Assembly (NCBI GenBank): GCA_041483895.1
Contig: JBGPGO010000004.1
Coordinates: 1-64,000, forward strand
Direction: 5' to 3'
Source of the DNA: Fimbriimonadia bacterium
Lineage (GTDB): Bacteria; Armatimonadota; Fimbriimonadia; Fimbriimonadales; JABRVX01
DNA: 64,000 nt
How positions within the stretch are numbered: position 1 is the first letter of the stretch; the number at the start of each line of letters is the position of its first letter. The translations under genes and the position numbers were made by a program. Below, in pieces: positions 39,987 through 50,032 of the stretch. The notes beneath the pieces are model-generated. The model had not been told where the DNA came from, did no database searches, and saw only the letters and a program-made list of their open reading frames with translations.

Positions 39987-40158
39987 GCGGCAGGCGTCCC
40001 CCTTCGGGCGTCTCTTCCCTGTTTTTCTTTGCCTTCTCCAGAAGCTCCAGCTCGGGCGGCGTGGGGAGGTTATGCTTGCGCACGAAGCGCCTGATCTTTG
40101 AAATATTGTCTCGCAGGTCCAGCATCAGCATTTCCAGCTCTGCGCTGTTTTTCGTCAT
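39979..40158 (-). CDS. 59-aa small protein paralogous to the AccA N-terminal helical region
   Basis: MTKNSAELEMLMLDLRDNISKIRRFVRKHNLPTPPELELLEKAKKNREETPEGGRLPRG*; RBS AAGGAG; stop overlaps the accA GTG. Confidence 0.75.
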   Translation of the reverse strand: MTKNSAELEMLMLDLRDNISKIRRFVRKHNLPTPPELELLEKAKKNREETPEGGRLPRG

Positions 40159-40186
40159 CGTTCACTCCTTGAGAATCAATCAAAAT

Positions 40187-41068
40187 CTATGTGTCGCCCA
40201 CGTGGGGCTTTCCACTCATCAGCGACAGCAGCGTGCCTATGGTGCGTCGCAGCTCTTTGCGCGGCACGATGCGGTCGATCATTCCGTGGCGGTACTGAAA
40301 CTCCGCCGTCTGAAAGTCCGGAGGCGGCTTGCCGACCGTGGCCTGCGCGGCGACCCGCTCCCCGGCGAACCCAACCTTCGCGCCCGGCTCGGAAAGAATC
40401 ACGTCCCCAAGCGCCGCGAAGCTGGCCAGCACACCCGCCATCGTCGGGTTGGTGAATACCGAGACATAGGGCACGGCGGCCTGGTTGATCAGATATACGC
40501 CGGCAGAGGTCTTGGCCATCTGCATCAGCGCAATCAGACCTTCCTGCATCCGCGCGCCTCCACTGGCGCAGAACAGAACGATGGGAGTCTTCTCGTCCGC
40601 GCCTTTTTCGAATGCCCGATACACCTTCGCTCCAACAACGGAGCCCATACTGCCGCCCATGAAGCCGAAATCCATGATGCCCAGCAATACGGGAATTTCC
40701 TCGATCGCGGCAGCGCCGATTGTGATTGCTTCCTTGCCCCCGGCGGCCTGCAGCTTGTCTAGATAGCCGGGAAAGCGCAACGGATCGCAGGTGATCATGT
40801 CCGTGAACAGCTCTTGGAACTTGCCGTCGTCGGCGGTCATTTCAACCCGTTCCGGAACCGTCAATCGGTGATGGTGGCCGCACTTCGGACACACCTTAAG
40901 CTGCCGCTCGAACTCCTTTCCAAACAGAATCTTGCGGCATCGCGGGTTCGCGCAATGGATCCATCCGGATTCGTTTGTCATGGGTTCAGCCATGGCGACC
41001 ACGGCCTTTTTGGGCGTTGATTTCGGTTCGTTTTTGCTCGCTCCGGTTCTTGGTGTTTGCAAGGCCAC
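40187..41068 (-). CDS. accD: Acetyl-CoA carboxylase carboxyltransferase subunit beta
   Basis: Zinc finger C...C...CPKC, FMGGSMGSVVG, SGGARMQEG, FQTAEF. Confidence 0.97.
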   Translation of the reverse strand: MALQTPRTGASKNEPKSTPKKAVVAMAEPMTNESGWIHCANPRCRKILFGKEFERQLKVCPKCGHHHRLTVPERVEMTADDGKFQELFTDMITCDPLRFPGYLDKLQAAGGKEAITIGAAAIEEIPVLLGIMDFGFMGGSMGSVVGAKVYRAFEKGADEKTPIVLFCASGGARMQEGLIALMQMAKTSAGVYLINQAAVPYVSVFTNPTMAGVLASFAALGDVILSEPGAKVGFAGERVAAQATVGKPPPDFQTAEFQYRHGMIDRIVPRKELRRTIGTLLSLMSGKPHVGDT

Positions 41069-41089
41069 AGAACATACCCCCTTCCGAGG

Positions 41090-42067
41090 TTACTCCACAA
41101 GGGGCAGGATGGACTTCCCGAAGATGGAGCAGATTAATTCGACGGCAAGCCGCGCTGTCCTGTTTTGCGTGTCCTCAAGCGGGTCGATCTCTACTACGTC
41201 CAGCGACACCAATTCGGGACCCTTGTTGGAGCGAATAATCTCCTCATAAATAAGTTCCGTCGCCAGGTGGGCCTCTCGGTAGCTCAGGCCGCCGGGTACC
41301 TTCGTACCGGTTCCGGGTGCGATTTCCGGGTCCAGCACGTCAACGTCGATGGACAGGTGCAGATATTTGGCCTTCGCGCGTCGGAACTGGCTGAGGGCCG
41401 CTATGATCGTCTGCTTGATTCCGGCTTGGTCGATGTCGCTCATTGTTCTCGCTGGGCGCGTCTGCATGTCGAGAATGGCCCGTTTTTCCTCATTGTCCAG
41501 CTCCCGCAGCCCGATCCAGAAAATGCCTGAGGGCGGCAGATGGCGGCCCTCGTACAGATCGAGGAGGCGTTGCCATGCGATCGCGGCTTTGCATTCGGAT
41601 TCAAGACCGCTCGGCCTCCCCAAGGCCGCGCCGAGCACCATGCCGTGAGAGTTGCCGGACGGGGTCGTTGAAGGGGTATTGATATCTCCGTGCGCATCGA
41701 TCCAGAGGACGGCGCACTCCGCCGGATCATGGCGGGTCAGGAAGGCCGCCAAGGTCCCGATGGAGAGGCTGTGGTCACCGCCAATCGTCATCGGCAAGCG
41801 CCCGGCGGCATAGCTGTCGAGCAGGATTTCCTTCACATTGCGGCATTTGTCGGCGACGGCATGGCCGTATCTGAGTTTGGGATCGCCGGGTTCCAGATCG
41901 TATCGTCGAGGGGGAAAGATATCGTCGGCATCGCGAACGTCCACACCGAGGTCCCTCAACTGTTGCATGACCCCGGCGGTGCGGACGGCCTCCGGTCCGA
42001 GGCGCGTACCCGGCTTCCGGCCCCCCAGGTCGGTGGGAACGCCGATAATGTCTACTCCCTTTCGCAT
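41090..42067 (-). CDS. rocF: Arginase
   Basis: [36 protein letters not shown]. Confidence 0.9.
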   Translation of the reverse strand: MRKGVDIIGVPTDLGGRKPGTRLGPEAVRTAGVMQQLRDLGVDVRDADDIFPPRRYDLEPGDPKLRYGHAVADKCRNVKEILLDSYAAGRLPMTIGGDHSLSIGTLAAFLTRHDPAECAVLWIDAHGDINTPSTTPSGNSHGMVLGAALGRPSGLESECKAAIAWQRLLDLYEGRHLPPSGIFWIGLRELDNEEKRAILDMQTRPARTMSDIDQAGIKQTIIAALSQFRRAKAKYLHLSIDVDVLDPEIAPGTGTKVPGGLSYREAHLATELIYEEIIRSNKGPELVSLDVVEIDPLEDTQNRTARLAVELICSIFGKSILPLVE

Positions 42068-42119
42068 GGCGGGGAGTCTACCTGCAGGAGTTGGCGACCC
42101 CTTCGGGAAACCGGATTGC

Positions 42120-42704
42120 ATGGATCGTCGGCTGATTGCGGGGATCGATGAGGCTGGGCGAGGTCCACTTGCGGGTCCCGTCGTCGCGGCCGCGGTCATC
42201 TTGGGCGAGCCGATCGAAGGGCTGGCGGACTCCAAACAACTGACCCGGACGCAACGAGAGGAATTGGAGCCAATCATAATGAATCGTGCCGTCGGTTGGG
42301 CTGTTGGGATGGCGGACGTCGATGAGATCGATCGACTCAATATCCTCCATGCCACGTTTCTCGCCATGCGGCGGGCGATTGAGGGACTGCGCCAAGTGCC
42401 GGAAATGTGCCTTGTGGACGGCAATCGACCCATCCGTGGTCTATCCATCCCGCAACGGACAATTGTCGACGGGGACGCAAAAGAGCCGGCGATTTCCGCC
42501 GCATCGATCCTGGCGAAGGTTCACCGCGACCGCCTGATGGTGCAGCACGATTTGATTTACCCCGGATATGGCTTCGCGGACCATAAGGGCTATTACTGCC
42601 CCGTGCACATTGCCGCGCTTGACCGGCTTGGGCCGTGCGAAATCCATCGGAGGAGCTTCTCACCGGTTCGGGAGCGGCTCGAGCAGGGTGTGCTGTTTGG
42701 TTAG
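42120..42704 (+). CDS. rnhB: Ribonuclease HII
   Basis: [33 protein letters not shown]. Confidence 0.96.
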   Translation: MDRRLIAGIDEAGRGPLAGPVVAAAVILGEPIEGLADSKQLTRTQREELEPIIMNRAVGWAVGMADVDEIDRLNILHATFLAMRRAIEGLRQVPEMCLVDGNRPIRGLSIPQRTIVDGDAKEPAISAASILAKVHRDRLMVQHDLIYPGYGFADHKGYYCPVHIAALDRLGPCEIHRRSFSPVRERLEQGVLFG

Positions 42705-43065
42705 CTCGGGAAACCGGAGGATCAGCCTGGGCCGTCGCGGGGAAGAGATCGTCGCACGGTACTTGGAGCAGGAGGGATTCCGGATTGTGGAGCGCAATTG
42801 GCGAGCGCCCAGCGGCGAGCTGGACATCGTCGCGATGGACGGCGAAACTCTGGTGTTCGTGGAGGTTCGGACGCGAATGAGGGCGGATCGGATACCTTCC
42901 TCGGAGTGGTTCCCGCTGGCAAAGCAACGCAAGCTCGTGGCGTTGGCGGAGCGGTATCTGTGCGATCGCGAGCCATGCTCCTGCAGGTTCGATGCCGTTG
43001 GCGTCACCCTATCGGGAATTCATCCAACGATTACCCACTATCGCGCGGCGTTCGGAGTCGAATGA
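42697..43065 (+). CDS. yraN: YraN (UPF0102) family protein
   Basis: GEE...YL...G..I..RNWR...GELDIVA...LVFVEVR, RFD. Confidence 0.9.
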   Translation: MVSSGNRRISLGRRGEEIVARYLEQEGFRIVERNWRAPSGELDIVAMDGETLVFVEVRTRMRADRIPSSEWFPLAKQRKLVALAERYLCDREPCSCRFDAVGVTLSGIHPTITHYRAAFGVE

Positions 43066-44138
43066 AGGCGGTCACCGTCGGGCAGATTGTGGATGCCGTT
43101 GAGCGGTGGGCGCCCGCCGGGCTGGCTATGCCGGGAGACAGGATCGGACTGCAGATCGGCGATCCTGCGGCCCCGGTTGAGAAGGTCGCGGTGGCTCTCG
43201 ACCCATCGCCCGCCACGATAGAAATGGCGCATGAGGGCGGCTGCCAAATGCTGGTTACCCACCATCCCCTCATCTATCAGCCCCTAACGGAAATCGATCC
43301 CAGAGATCCTGTCGGGGCGGCGGTATGGAAGCTTTGCCGCGCCGGCATAGCGCTATTGGCCGCGCACACGAACTGGGATGTGGCTGACGGGGGCATCAAC
43401 GACGCGCTGGCGGGAGCGCTGGGCTTGGCGTCTGTGGAGCGGTTCGGCGAAGATGCAGCGATTTCGGATGTCAAGATCGTCACTTTCGCACCGGCCAACG
43501 CGGTCGATGCCTTGATCGACGCGATGACCGCCGCGGGCGCCGGAACCATCGGTCTATATCAGCGATGCGCTTTCACCGGTAAAGGGACCGGCACCTTTGA
43601 ACCGCAGCCGGGGTCGAATCCCGCCGTCGGCGCGGTCGGCAATCGGGAGGCGGTTGCGGAGATGCGCCTAGAGATGCGAGCGCCGTCTGCCGCGATGGCG
43701 GCGGTCGAGCAGGCATTAATGAAGGCGCATCCCTATGATGAACCGGCATACGACATCTATCCGTTGACCAGCGCTCGCCTTTTGGGACTAGGACGCGTGG
43801 GGACGTTGCCGGAGGAGACGACGCTGGGTGAGTTCTCCCTTTTCGTCAGCAAGCAGCTTGGAAGTCCTGTTCGCTATTGGGGCAGAGCGGATCGTGCGGT
43901 CCGCCGGGTGGCCGTGGTCGGCGGAGCGGGCAGCGACTATCTGGACCGAGCAATCGGTGCGGGTGCGGACGCGCTGGTTACCGGCGAGGTTCGGCACCAC
44001 CATACGTGGGCGGCGGAATTCCATGATGTCGGACTATTGGACGCGACCCATTTCGGGACGGAGCAACCCGGCGTGGTGGCGCTTGGCAAACGCATCGCTC
44101 AAGAATTCAAAGATCGCCTGGAAGTGAAGGTCTATTAG
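43062..44138 (+). CDS. Nif3-like dinuclear metal center protein with PII-like insert
   Basis: THHPL, HTNWD, HPYDEPAYD, HFGTE. Confidence 0.92.
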   Translation: MKAVTVGQIVDAVERWAPAGLAMPGDRIGLQIGDPAAPVEKVAVALDPSPATIEMAHEGGCQMLVTHHPLIYQPLTEIDPRDPVGAAVWKLCRAGIALLAAHTNWDVADGGINDALAGALGLASVERFGEDAAISDVKIVTFAPANAVDALIDAMTAAGAGTIGLYQRCAFTGKGTGTFEPQPGSNPAVGAVGNREAVAEMRLEMRAPSAAMAAVEQALMKAHPYDEPAYDIYPLTSARLLGLGRVGTLPEETTLGEFSLFVSKQLGSPVRYWGRADRAVRRVAVVGGAGSDYLDRAIGAGADALVTGEVRHHHTWAAEFHDVGLLDATHFGTEQPGVVALGKRIAQEFKDRLEVKVY

Positions 44139-44203
44139 CAAAAAACGCGAGCTAGTGCATTTACTGGGTGGCGGATTCGGCATGTTTGCTGTATAATGGC
44201 TGC

Positions 44204-44497
44204 ATTGAGATGTGGGAGGCGCTTGCCGACCTACACTGAGTTGGAGGATGGTGACGCTGTTACTTTCCAAAAATTCTCTGTGGCACACCTTCTGCGTCTT
44301 TAGAAGGGTAGAGCAAAGCCTGCCCTCCAAGAGGACACTAAGACCCTAACCTGTAGATGGTAACTGACCAAGCAAACAACAAAAAAAATAAATAAAAAAA
44401 TAGGGTTCAAAAAAGAGCCCAAATATTTTCGAGTTAAAATTGGACTCGATACACTCTGACCTACAAGTGCCGAGAATTGTCTCGGCCTTTTCTTTTT
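44204..44497 (+). ncRNA. Candidate structured ncRNA (or small-ORF transcript)
   Basis: TATAAT at 44192-44197, several hairpins, A-rich linker, terminator at 44469-44497, no long ORF. Confidence 0.4.
44469..44497 (+). terminator. Rho-independent terminator
   Basis: GCCGAGA-ATTG-TCTCGGC followed by CTTTTCTTTTT. Confidence 0.75.
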
Positions 44498-44500
44498 AAT

Positions 44501-44654
44501 CCCCCGTAACGCTGCCTTCCAGGCGGCATTGACTTCTTTTGTGCCGGCAAGATGCCAGCGCTCCCGTAACGCTGCCTTCCAGGCGGCATTGACCTTTTGT
44601 GCCGGCAAGATGCCAGCGTTACGGGAAGCCGCCTGGAAGGCAGCGTTACGGGGG
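44501..44654. repeat. BIME-like cluster of CGTAACGCTGCCTTCCAGGCGGC and inverted GCCGGCAAGATGCCAGCG units
   Basis: Two ~60-bp direct repeats plus an inverted terminal unit; related to 17865-17927. Confidence 0.85.
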
Positions 44655-44668
44655 AGATACAATGGGGC

Positions 44669-45193
44669 ATGTCGCTGCATGAAGAGGTCCTCCACTCGGA
44701 AACCATCTACGAAGGCCGGGTCATCACCGTCCGACTCGACAGAATACGACTGCCGGACGGGACCGAGTCGACCCGGGAAGTCGTGATCCATCAGGGCGCG
44801 GTCGCAATTGTGCCGTTCCTTAGCTCGGAAACGCTCCTGATGGTCCGGCAATATCGCCGGGCCGTTGACGAGGTTCTGCTGGAACTTCCCGCAGGCACGC
44901 GCGAACCCGGCGAACCGACTGATACCTGTGCCGCCCGAGAATTGGAAGAAGAGACGGGGTACCGAGCGGGATCGCTGCGCCGGCTGTTCAAGCAGTATTT
45001 AGCGCCCGGCTATTCTAGCGAGTGCTTGGTTGTGTATGAGGCGAGGGATTTGACCCCGGGAACCTATCGGCCTGATTTTGATGAAAGGCTGGAAGTGGTG
45101 GAGGTTCCTGTCAGTGAGGTCGCCGGTAAAATCACGGGCGGCGAGATCAAGGACGCTAAATCCATCGCCGGACTTCTGGTAGCTTTGCGGTGA
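44669..45193 (+). CDS. NUDIX hydrolase (ADP-ribose pyrophosphatase-like)
   Basis: QYR, ELPAG...E.....AARELEEETG, DAKS. Confidence 0.92.
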   Translation: MSLHEEVLHSETIYEGRVITVRLDRIRLPDGTESTREVVIHQGAVAIVPFLSSETLLMVRQYRRAVDEVLLELPAGTREPGEPTDTCAARELEEETGYRAGSLRRLFKQYLAPGYSSECLVVYEARDLTPGTYRPDFDERLEVVEVPVSEVAGKITGGEIKDAKSIAGLLVALR

Positions 45194-45287
45194 TCGCCAT
45201 AAAATTCGCCGATGAACCGAATAGGGCATTATTCATGTCTCTCTTGACGTAGAATGTTCCGTATATGCAATTGGAGGCTATGACGCT

Positions 45288-46751
45288 TTGAAATTGAAGT
45301 CCCGCAAGTTGCTCCCCCTTATCTTTCTTCCTGTGGCGGCGATTGCGTTTGGCGGCGGATTTTGGCTCAAGCATAACGCCGTCAGTTACGGAACCCGAAC
45401 CGTAGCGGTCGAAGAGGACACAATGGGGAGGCAGTACGCCTCCCTCAAACCGGAGCGCAGCCCGCTCGATACCTTCTTCACCGTATTTGCCCATCTTCGC
45501 CGCTATTATGTGGACGAAAAAGACATTACCGACCAGACGAAGCTGTCCTATGGCGCGCTGCGAGGGGCCGCGCTCTACTTTAATGACCCCGACACCCGAT
45601 TCATGGAACCGAAAGAGTTTGCCAAATACCGGGCGGAGATAGACGGCACATTCCAGGGGATCGGCGCCACCGTGGCCGTTCAGCGCGTGGTCGATCCGGT
45701 GACATCGGATGCGATGCGGCATGAATTGGAAAAGCTGCTCGATCGCATGCATCAGCAGGGGGAAGACGACGCGGACGTCGGGATAACGGCGAATTCCATC
45801 ACGAAATCCTATCTCGCGGTTTTAGCGCCTGTTCCGGGTGGACCGGCCGACAAAGCCGGCCTGCTTCCGGGGGACCGGATCGAATATATCAACGGCAAAT
45901 GGGTGCTTTCTTATAACCCGAACTTGGATTTTCTCGAGGTGGTTACCGCGTGGCGGAACAAAAAGATTACCCGCCAGGAATATGACGCGGCGTTCAACAA
46001 GCTGGAATCCCGCGTCAATGAGTCGATCACTCCCGGCGAGGCGCTCGAGCTGCTGACAAGTTCTGAGAAGCCGATCAAAGTGAAGGTTCGCCGGAACGCC
46101 GGCAATCAGTTGGTTGAGGCGACTATCGCGCCCGGAAAGTCCGAGCTGGAGGCCGCGACGTGGAGCGATCTGGGCGGCACGGGCTACATTCGAATTGCGA
46201 CCTTCTCCGATCACACGACGGGGCTCGTGCGCTCGGCGATCAACACTTTGCAGAGCAAGGGAGTTCACGACTTCGTGCTCGATCTTCGCAGCAACAGCCG
46301 CGGAACTCGGCAGACCATGCTGGAAACGCTCGGCCTGTTCCTGCCAAAAGGCAGCGTAGCGCAGGTGAAGGCGCGGCAGAACGTTGACACCAAGTCGCCG
46401 CTGACGATAGATGGCGAGCCGGTCGCCAAGGGCAAGTTTGTGGTTCTCGTCAATCGAGGAACAGCGAACTTGGCTGAAGTGTTCGCTTCCGCCCTAAAGG
46501 AACGCGCGGGAGCGAAGCTGGTCGGCGACCCAACGGCGGGCGATCCGATGGCGGTCGATAGCTACGAGCTGCCCGATCACTCGGCCCTCATCTATACGTC
46601 CGGCAAATACTTTACGAGCAATGGGACGGATTTCGGCGGCGCGGGACTGAAGCCGGATGTGAGTGTGGCGGCGGGAAAGGTGGCGGATCCGGCCAGTGAC
46701 CCGGCCGTTGCCGAAGCGAAAAAGGTTGTGCGAGCGGAGGTGACCGGCTAA
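45288..46751 (+). CDS. S41 (CtpA-like) PDZ protease homolog lacking catalytic residues
   Basis: PDZ (GPA.KAGL..GD.I), GYIRIATF, DLRSN; TANLAE and TAGDP replace SASASE and FGKG. Confidence 0.85.
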   Translation: MKLKSRKLLPLIFLPVAAIAFGGGFWLKHNAVSYGTRTVAVEEDTMGRQYASLKPERSPLDTFFTVFAHLRRYYVDEKDITDQTKLSYGALRGAALYFNDPDTRFMEPKEFAKYRAEIDGTFQGIGATVAVQRVVDPVTSDAMRHELEKLLDRMHQQGEDDADVGITANSITKSYLAVLAPVPGGPADKAGLLPGDRIEYINGKWVLSYNPNLDFLEVVTAWRNKKITRQEYDAAFNKLESRVNESITPGEALELLTSSEKPIKVKVRRNAGNQLVEATIAPGKSELEAATWSDLGGTGYIRIATFSDHTTGLVRSAINTLQSKGVHDFVLDLRSNSRGTRQTMLETLGLFLPKGSVAQVKARQNVDTKSPLTIDGEPVAKGKFVVLVNRGTANLAEVFASALKERAGAKLVGDPTAGDPMAVDSYELPDHSALIYTSGKYFTSNGTDFGGAGLKPDVSVAAGKVADPASDPAVAEAKKVVRAEVTG

Positions 46752-48046
46752 TGAAGCGTCGCGGTTCAATTATCATCACGGCAGTTCTCGGTATGGCATT
46801 TATCGGATCGGCCTTCGTCGTTGGATACTCTTGGGACAGCCTGACCAATCCGCCGAGAGCCGTCGCCGAATTGCGCGAAATGCCCGAGCGGCTCTCCCTC
46901 GTATTCGGCCCACGGAAAGACACCGGCACAGTTCTTCCCACCGTCCAGACCTATTCAGACGCGATGACACAGTTGGAGAGCCGGCATTACCAGTCTGTCG
47001 ATCCCATCAAATTGACCTATTCCGCGATCTCCGGGATGATGGGCGCCCTGAACGACCCCTACACGCGATTCATGCCTCCGAAGGCGTGGAAGGCGATGGA
47101 GGACGATACGCGCGGCGACTACGTCGGCGTGGGCGCGACGCTCGACCCATCGCCGAAGGGTGCGATTGTTGCCCGGCCGCTGCCGAACAGTCCCTGTGTT
47201 CGGGCCGGAATCCGCGCCAACGACCTGATCGTCACCGTCGATGGGAAAAATGTCGCCGGTATGGATCTCGAGGAGATCGTGCGCATGATCCGCGGCGAAG
47301 AGGGCACGTACGTGACAATCGGCATCGAGCGTACCAACAATAGCGCCACAGAATCACTATCGTTCAAATTGCAGCGGTCCCGCGTCGATTTGCCGACCGT
47401 CGAGTACCGCGTCCTTTCCGGTCCCAACAAGATCGGCTATGTTTCGCTGCTGCAGTTCAATGAGAAGGCGACGACCATGCTCGAAGACGCGCTGACCGAA
47501 CTGGAGAAGAAAGGAATCAAGGGGCTGGTTTTGGATGTTCGAGACAATCCCGGCGGCCTTTTGACCCAAGCGATCGGCGTGTCGAGTCTGTTCATGGACA
47601 ACAAGTCGGTTGTCATTCAAAAGGCCCGCGACGGCAAAGAGGATGTCAGCTTTTCCATCCCGTCCAGCTACAAGCCGCGCAACTATCCCATTGCGGTCCT
47701 CATCAACGGCCGGTCGGCGAGCGCTTCGGAGATCGTGTCCGGCGCGCTGCGCGATCATAAGGTTGCGACGCTGGTTGGGGAGAGCTCTTTTGGAAAAGGC
47801 TTGGTGCAGTCCATTTTCCCCCTGGATGATGGGGAGTCTATCTCGATTACGACGGCCCGATACTACACGCCGAACCACGTGGACATCAACAAGCACAAGG
47901 ACGCCGATGGCAAGGAAATCAAGGGCCTGAAGCCGGATGTCGAGGTGGTGCAGAGCAAGGACTATGAATTCGGCAAAGATGAGACCGATGCGCAACTAAA
48001 GAAGGCTGTCGAGGTCATTACGTCGCAGATCGGGAAGAAATCATGA
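46751..48046 (+). CDS. Carboxyl-terminal processing protease (S41A, CtpA-like)
   Basis: DPYT, PDZ, DVRDNPGG, SASASE, FGKGLVQ, ARYYTP, GLKPD. Confidence 0.93.
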   Translation: MKRRGSIIITAVLGMAFIGSAFVVGYSWDSLTNPPRAVAELREMPERLSLVFGPRKDTGTVLPTVQTYSDAMTQLESRHYQSVDPIKLTYSAISGMMGALNDPYTRFMPPKAWKAMEDDTRGDYVGVGATLDPSPKGAIVARPLPNSPCVRAGIRANDLIVTVDGKNVAGMDLEEIVRMIRGEEGTYVTIGIERTNNSATESLSFKLQRSRVDLPTVEYRVLSGPNKIGYVSLLQFNEKATTMLEDALTELEKKGIKGLVLDVRDNPGGLLTQAIGVSSLFMDNKSVVIQKARDGKEDVSFSIPSSYKPRNYPIAVLINGRSASASEIVSGALRDHKVATLVGESSFGKGLVQSIFPLDDGESISITTARYYTPNHVDINKHKDADGKEIKGLKPDVEVVQSKDYEFGKDETDAQLKKAVEVITSQIGKKS

Positions 48047-48196
48047 TATAATGATTGGTGCGGACGGCAATACCGTTCGGCCTTGTTTCATTTTTAACCT
48101 TCCAATCCCTTCGCAGTTAACTGCGGGGGGATTCGATTTTGAGCCGCTGTTCGCTATCGCTGCGAGCGACCGGCGGATTGCTTTCGGATATTTCCG

Positions 48197-48508
48197 TCAT
48201 TTCTTATTCTTCCAATACTCGACGAGCGCCGCGTTCGATGCCTTCGTTTCAGCGTCTTCACCGTCCCGGGGAGAGTGCGCAAGATCGGCGTCCATGCCCG
48301 ACAATGCGTACATGGTGGCGAAGACCACCGAATCGTCGGGGTCGCTGAGAAACGGCTTGACTTGATCGCGATATTTCCGATTGCGGGCGCCACAAAGATT
48401 GAGCAGCGCCATCCGGAGAATCGGCTTATCTTTGACAGCGAGGAGCCGGACGGATGCGTCCGGGCCGCCTGCCATATCGGCCCAGATCGCGTGCACCGCG
48501 GCGGCCAT
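48197..48508 (-). CDS. Small HEAT-like repeat protein or gene remnant
   Basis: 103-aa ORF with PFLSDPDDSVV..T..AL. Confidence 0.4.
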   Translation of the reverse strand: MAAAVHAIWADMAGGPDASVRLLAVKDKPILRMALLNLCGARNRKYRDQVKPFLSDPDDSVVFATMYALSGMDADLAHSPRDGEDAETKASNAALVEYWKNKK

Positions 48509-48650
48509 GGAGTTCCATGTCTCGACAGGTCATCCTGTCGAGACGGAGCAAAAGGTACCCTGCTCATGAACTGAGCCTCGACGGCAGGAGCAATCGAGGC
48601 ATCTGAATTGTGGTAAAATATCATTTCGCTCTTACAATGGGGGTGCATCA

Positions 48651-49331
48651 ATGATAACTGTTCTCCTGCTCGTCGTTGCGTCACTGGTCGGTCCGAGCGA
48701 TCCATCGAGTGGACTGTCCGCCGACGCATACGGAAGAGAATTGGTAGATTCCATGAGAGAAGCCTATTCAAAATGCGATGCGTACGCTGATTTTGGCACG
48801 TTCACCACGACCCTTTTGACGCCATCGGGCAAGATTGATAGTTCATATGCAAAGAAGTTTAACACGGTCTATCTTCGCGGCCAAATATACTATTACGCGA
48901 CAACGAACGCGAAAGACGACTCTTTTCACCAATTCGTGTTATCGGTTGGCAGCTACAATAAAGTTGCAACATCTAGGGTGGAGAAACCTCTATCCTTTTC
49001 TACCCTCGACTGGGCCTACGGACAATGTCCTTCCCTTACGCTACCATTCTTGGAGGCAAGAGAGGGGTTTACCCTCAACGAAATCGTTCGCCCAAAGTCA
49101 CTGACCGAGATTCGCTACGCTGGCGAGGAAACCGTCGGTGGCATCAAGTGCCATATCGTTACCGCCGAGTTGCCGGATTGGGCGGACTTGAAACAGGTTC
49201 CAACCATTCGTCTCTGGTTCGCTCACAATGACTACATGATTCGTCGCGCGAAGACAGTAACAAAATCATCGAAAGTGACTCATGGCGAGATAATTAGAGA
49301 GTACGTAATCCAGCGTTTAAACCTCAAGTAA
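48651..49331 (+). CDS. Secreted hypothetical protein, possibly LolA-like fold
   Basis: Signal peptide; GEETVGG..C..V and LW....Y.IRR patterns. Confidence 0.6.
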   Translation: MITVLLLVVASLVGPSDPSSGLSADAYGRELVDSMREAYSKCDAYADFGTFTTTLLTPSGKIDSSYAKKFNTVYLRGQIYYYATTNAKDDSFHQFVLSVGSYNKVATSRVEKPLSFSTLDWAYGQCPSLTLPFLEAREGFTLNEIVRPKSLTEIRYAGEETVGGIKCHIVTAELPDWADLKQVPTIRLWFAHNDYMIRRAKTVTKSSKVTHGEIIREYVIQRLNLK

Positions 49332-50032
49332 TTGGTTATGGCAGTGGCCACATCGCAATTTCTGGTATCCGTCCGTTGTTGCAATTCCGAACTCGTCAAG
49401 CGCAGGTTTCGTTGGGGGCCAGTTGAGAGGTTATCGGTATGAGAACCTGCGGCTACAGGGATCTTGCGCTTGGAACTCCGCCGTATAGTGTCGATGTTTC
49501 GTCTAGGATACTTGCGACGGAAGCTATCAAACTGTCTAATATACTGTTGCGTTCCTGGTGGAAAGCCCGTGATTCCGAGAGGGGATCGAAGCAAAATTAA
49601 TTCGCCCTTGGGCCCGTATTCTAACGGCCACATCGAATCACGCTGCATTTCTCCAGCTTCAGAAGGCACCTCGAACAGGACACTATTGAGAAGCCTCAGC
49701 GTCATCGGATAATCCCATGGCTTGTTCGTTTGATCTCGAGGCGGAATTGCAATTGCAGATCTTATATCATCTAAGTCGCATTCGGCAATTTCCGCCATGA
49801 TCGCCATGATCTTCAAGCGGCCCGCAGTATCTTGAGGCGGCACACGAATCCAAGACGGGCAGGACTGCAACAATTCATAGACATGCTTCACTTGATTGTC
49901 GGACGTTTGCTTTGAAGAAGCGGGATGATCCGTTGAAGACCCACTGCTCGGGGCATTATGGTATGCCCTGTTTGGAACGATCTGCGCGGAAACTACTAAT
50001 GTCACGGCACAGGCTAAGATAAGTTGATTCAT
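49280..50032 (-). CDS. Secreted hypothetical protein, paralog of 50564-51205
   Basis: Signal peptide; LLQSCP, I...AI, LLNSVLF shared with neighbour. Confidence 0.6.
   Translation of the reverse strand: MNQLILACAVTLVVSAQIVPNRAYHNAPSSGSSTDHPASSKQTSDNQVKHVYELLQSCPSWIRVPPQDTAGRLKIMAIMAEIAECDLDDIRSAIAIPPRDQTNKPWDYPMTLRLLNSVLFEVPSEAGEMQRDSMWPLEYGPKGELILLRSPLGITGFPPGTQQYIRQFDSFRRKYPRRNIDTIRRSSKRKIPVAAGSHTDNLSTGPQRNLRLTSSELQQRTDTRNCDVATAITNYLRFKRWITYSLIISP

Noticed and set aside
44204..44497. RNase P RNA, tmRNA or SRP RNA
   Set aside because: Lacks GAGGAAAGTCC, tRNA-like GGGG...CCA ends and the GGAAGGAAGCAGC-type hallmark
48520..48543. Palindrome TCTCGACAGG-TCAT-CCTGTCGAGA as a repeat family
   Set aside because: Single copy in the window; no function can be supported
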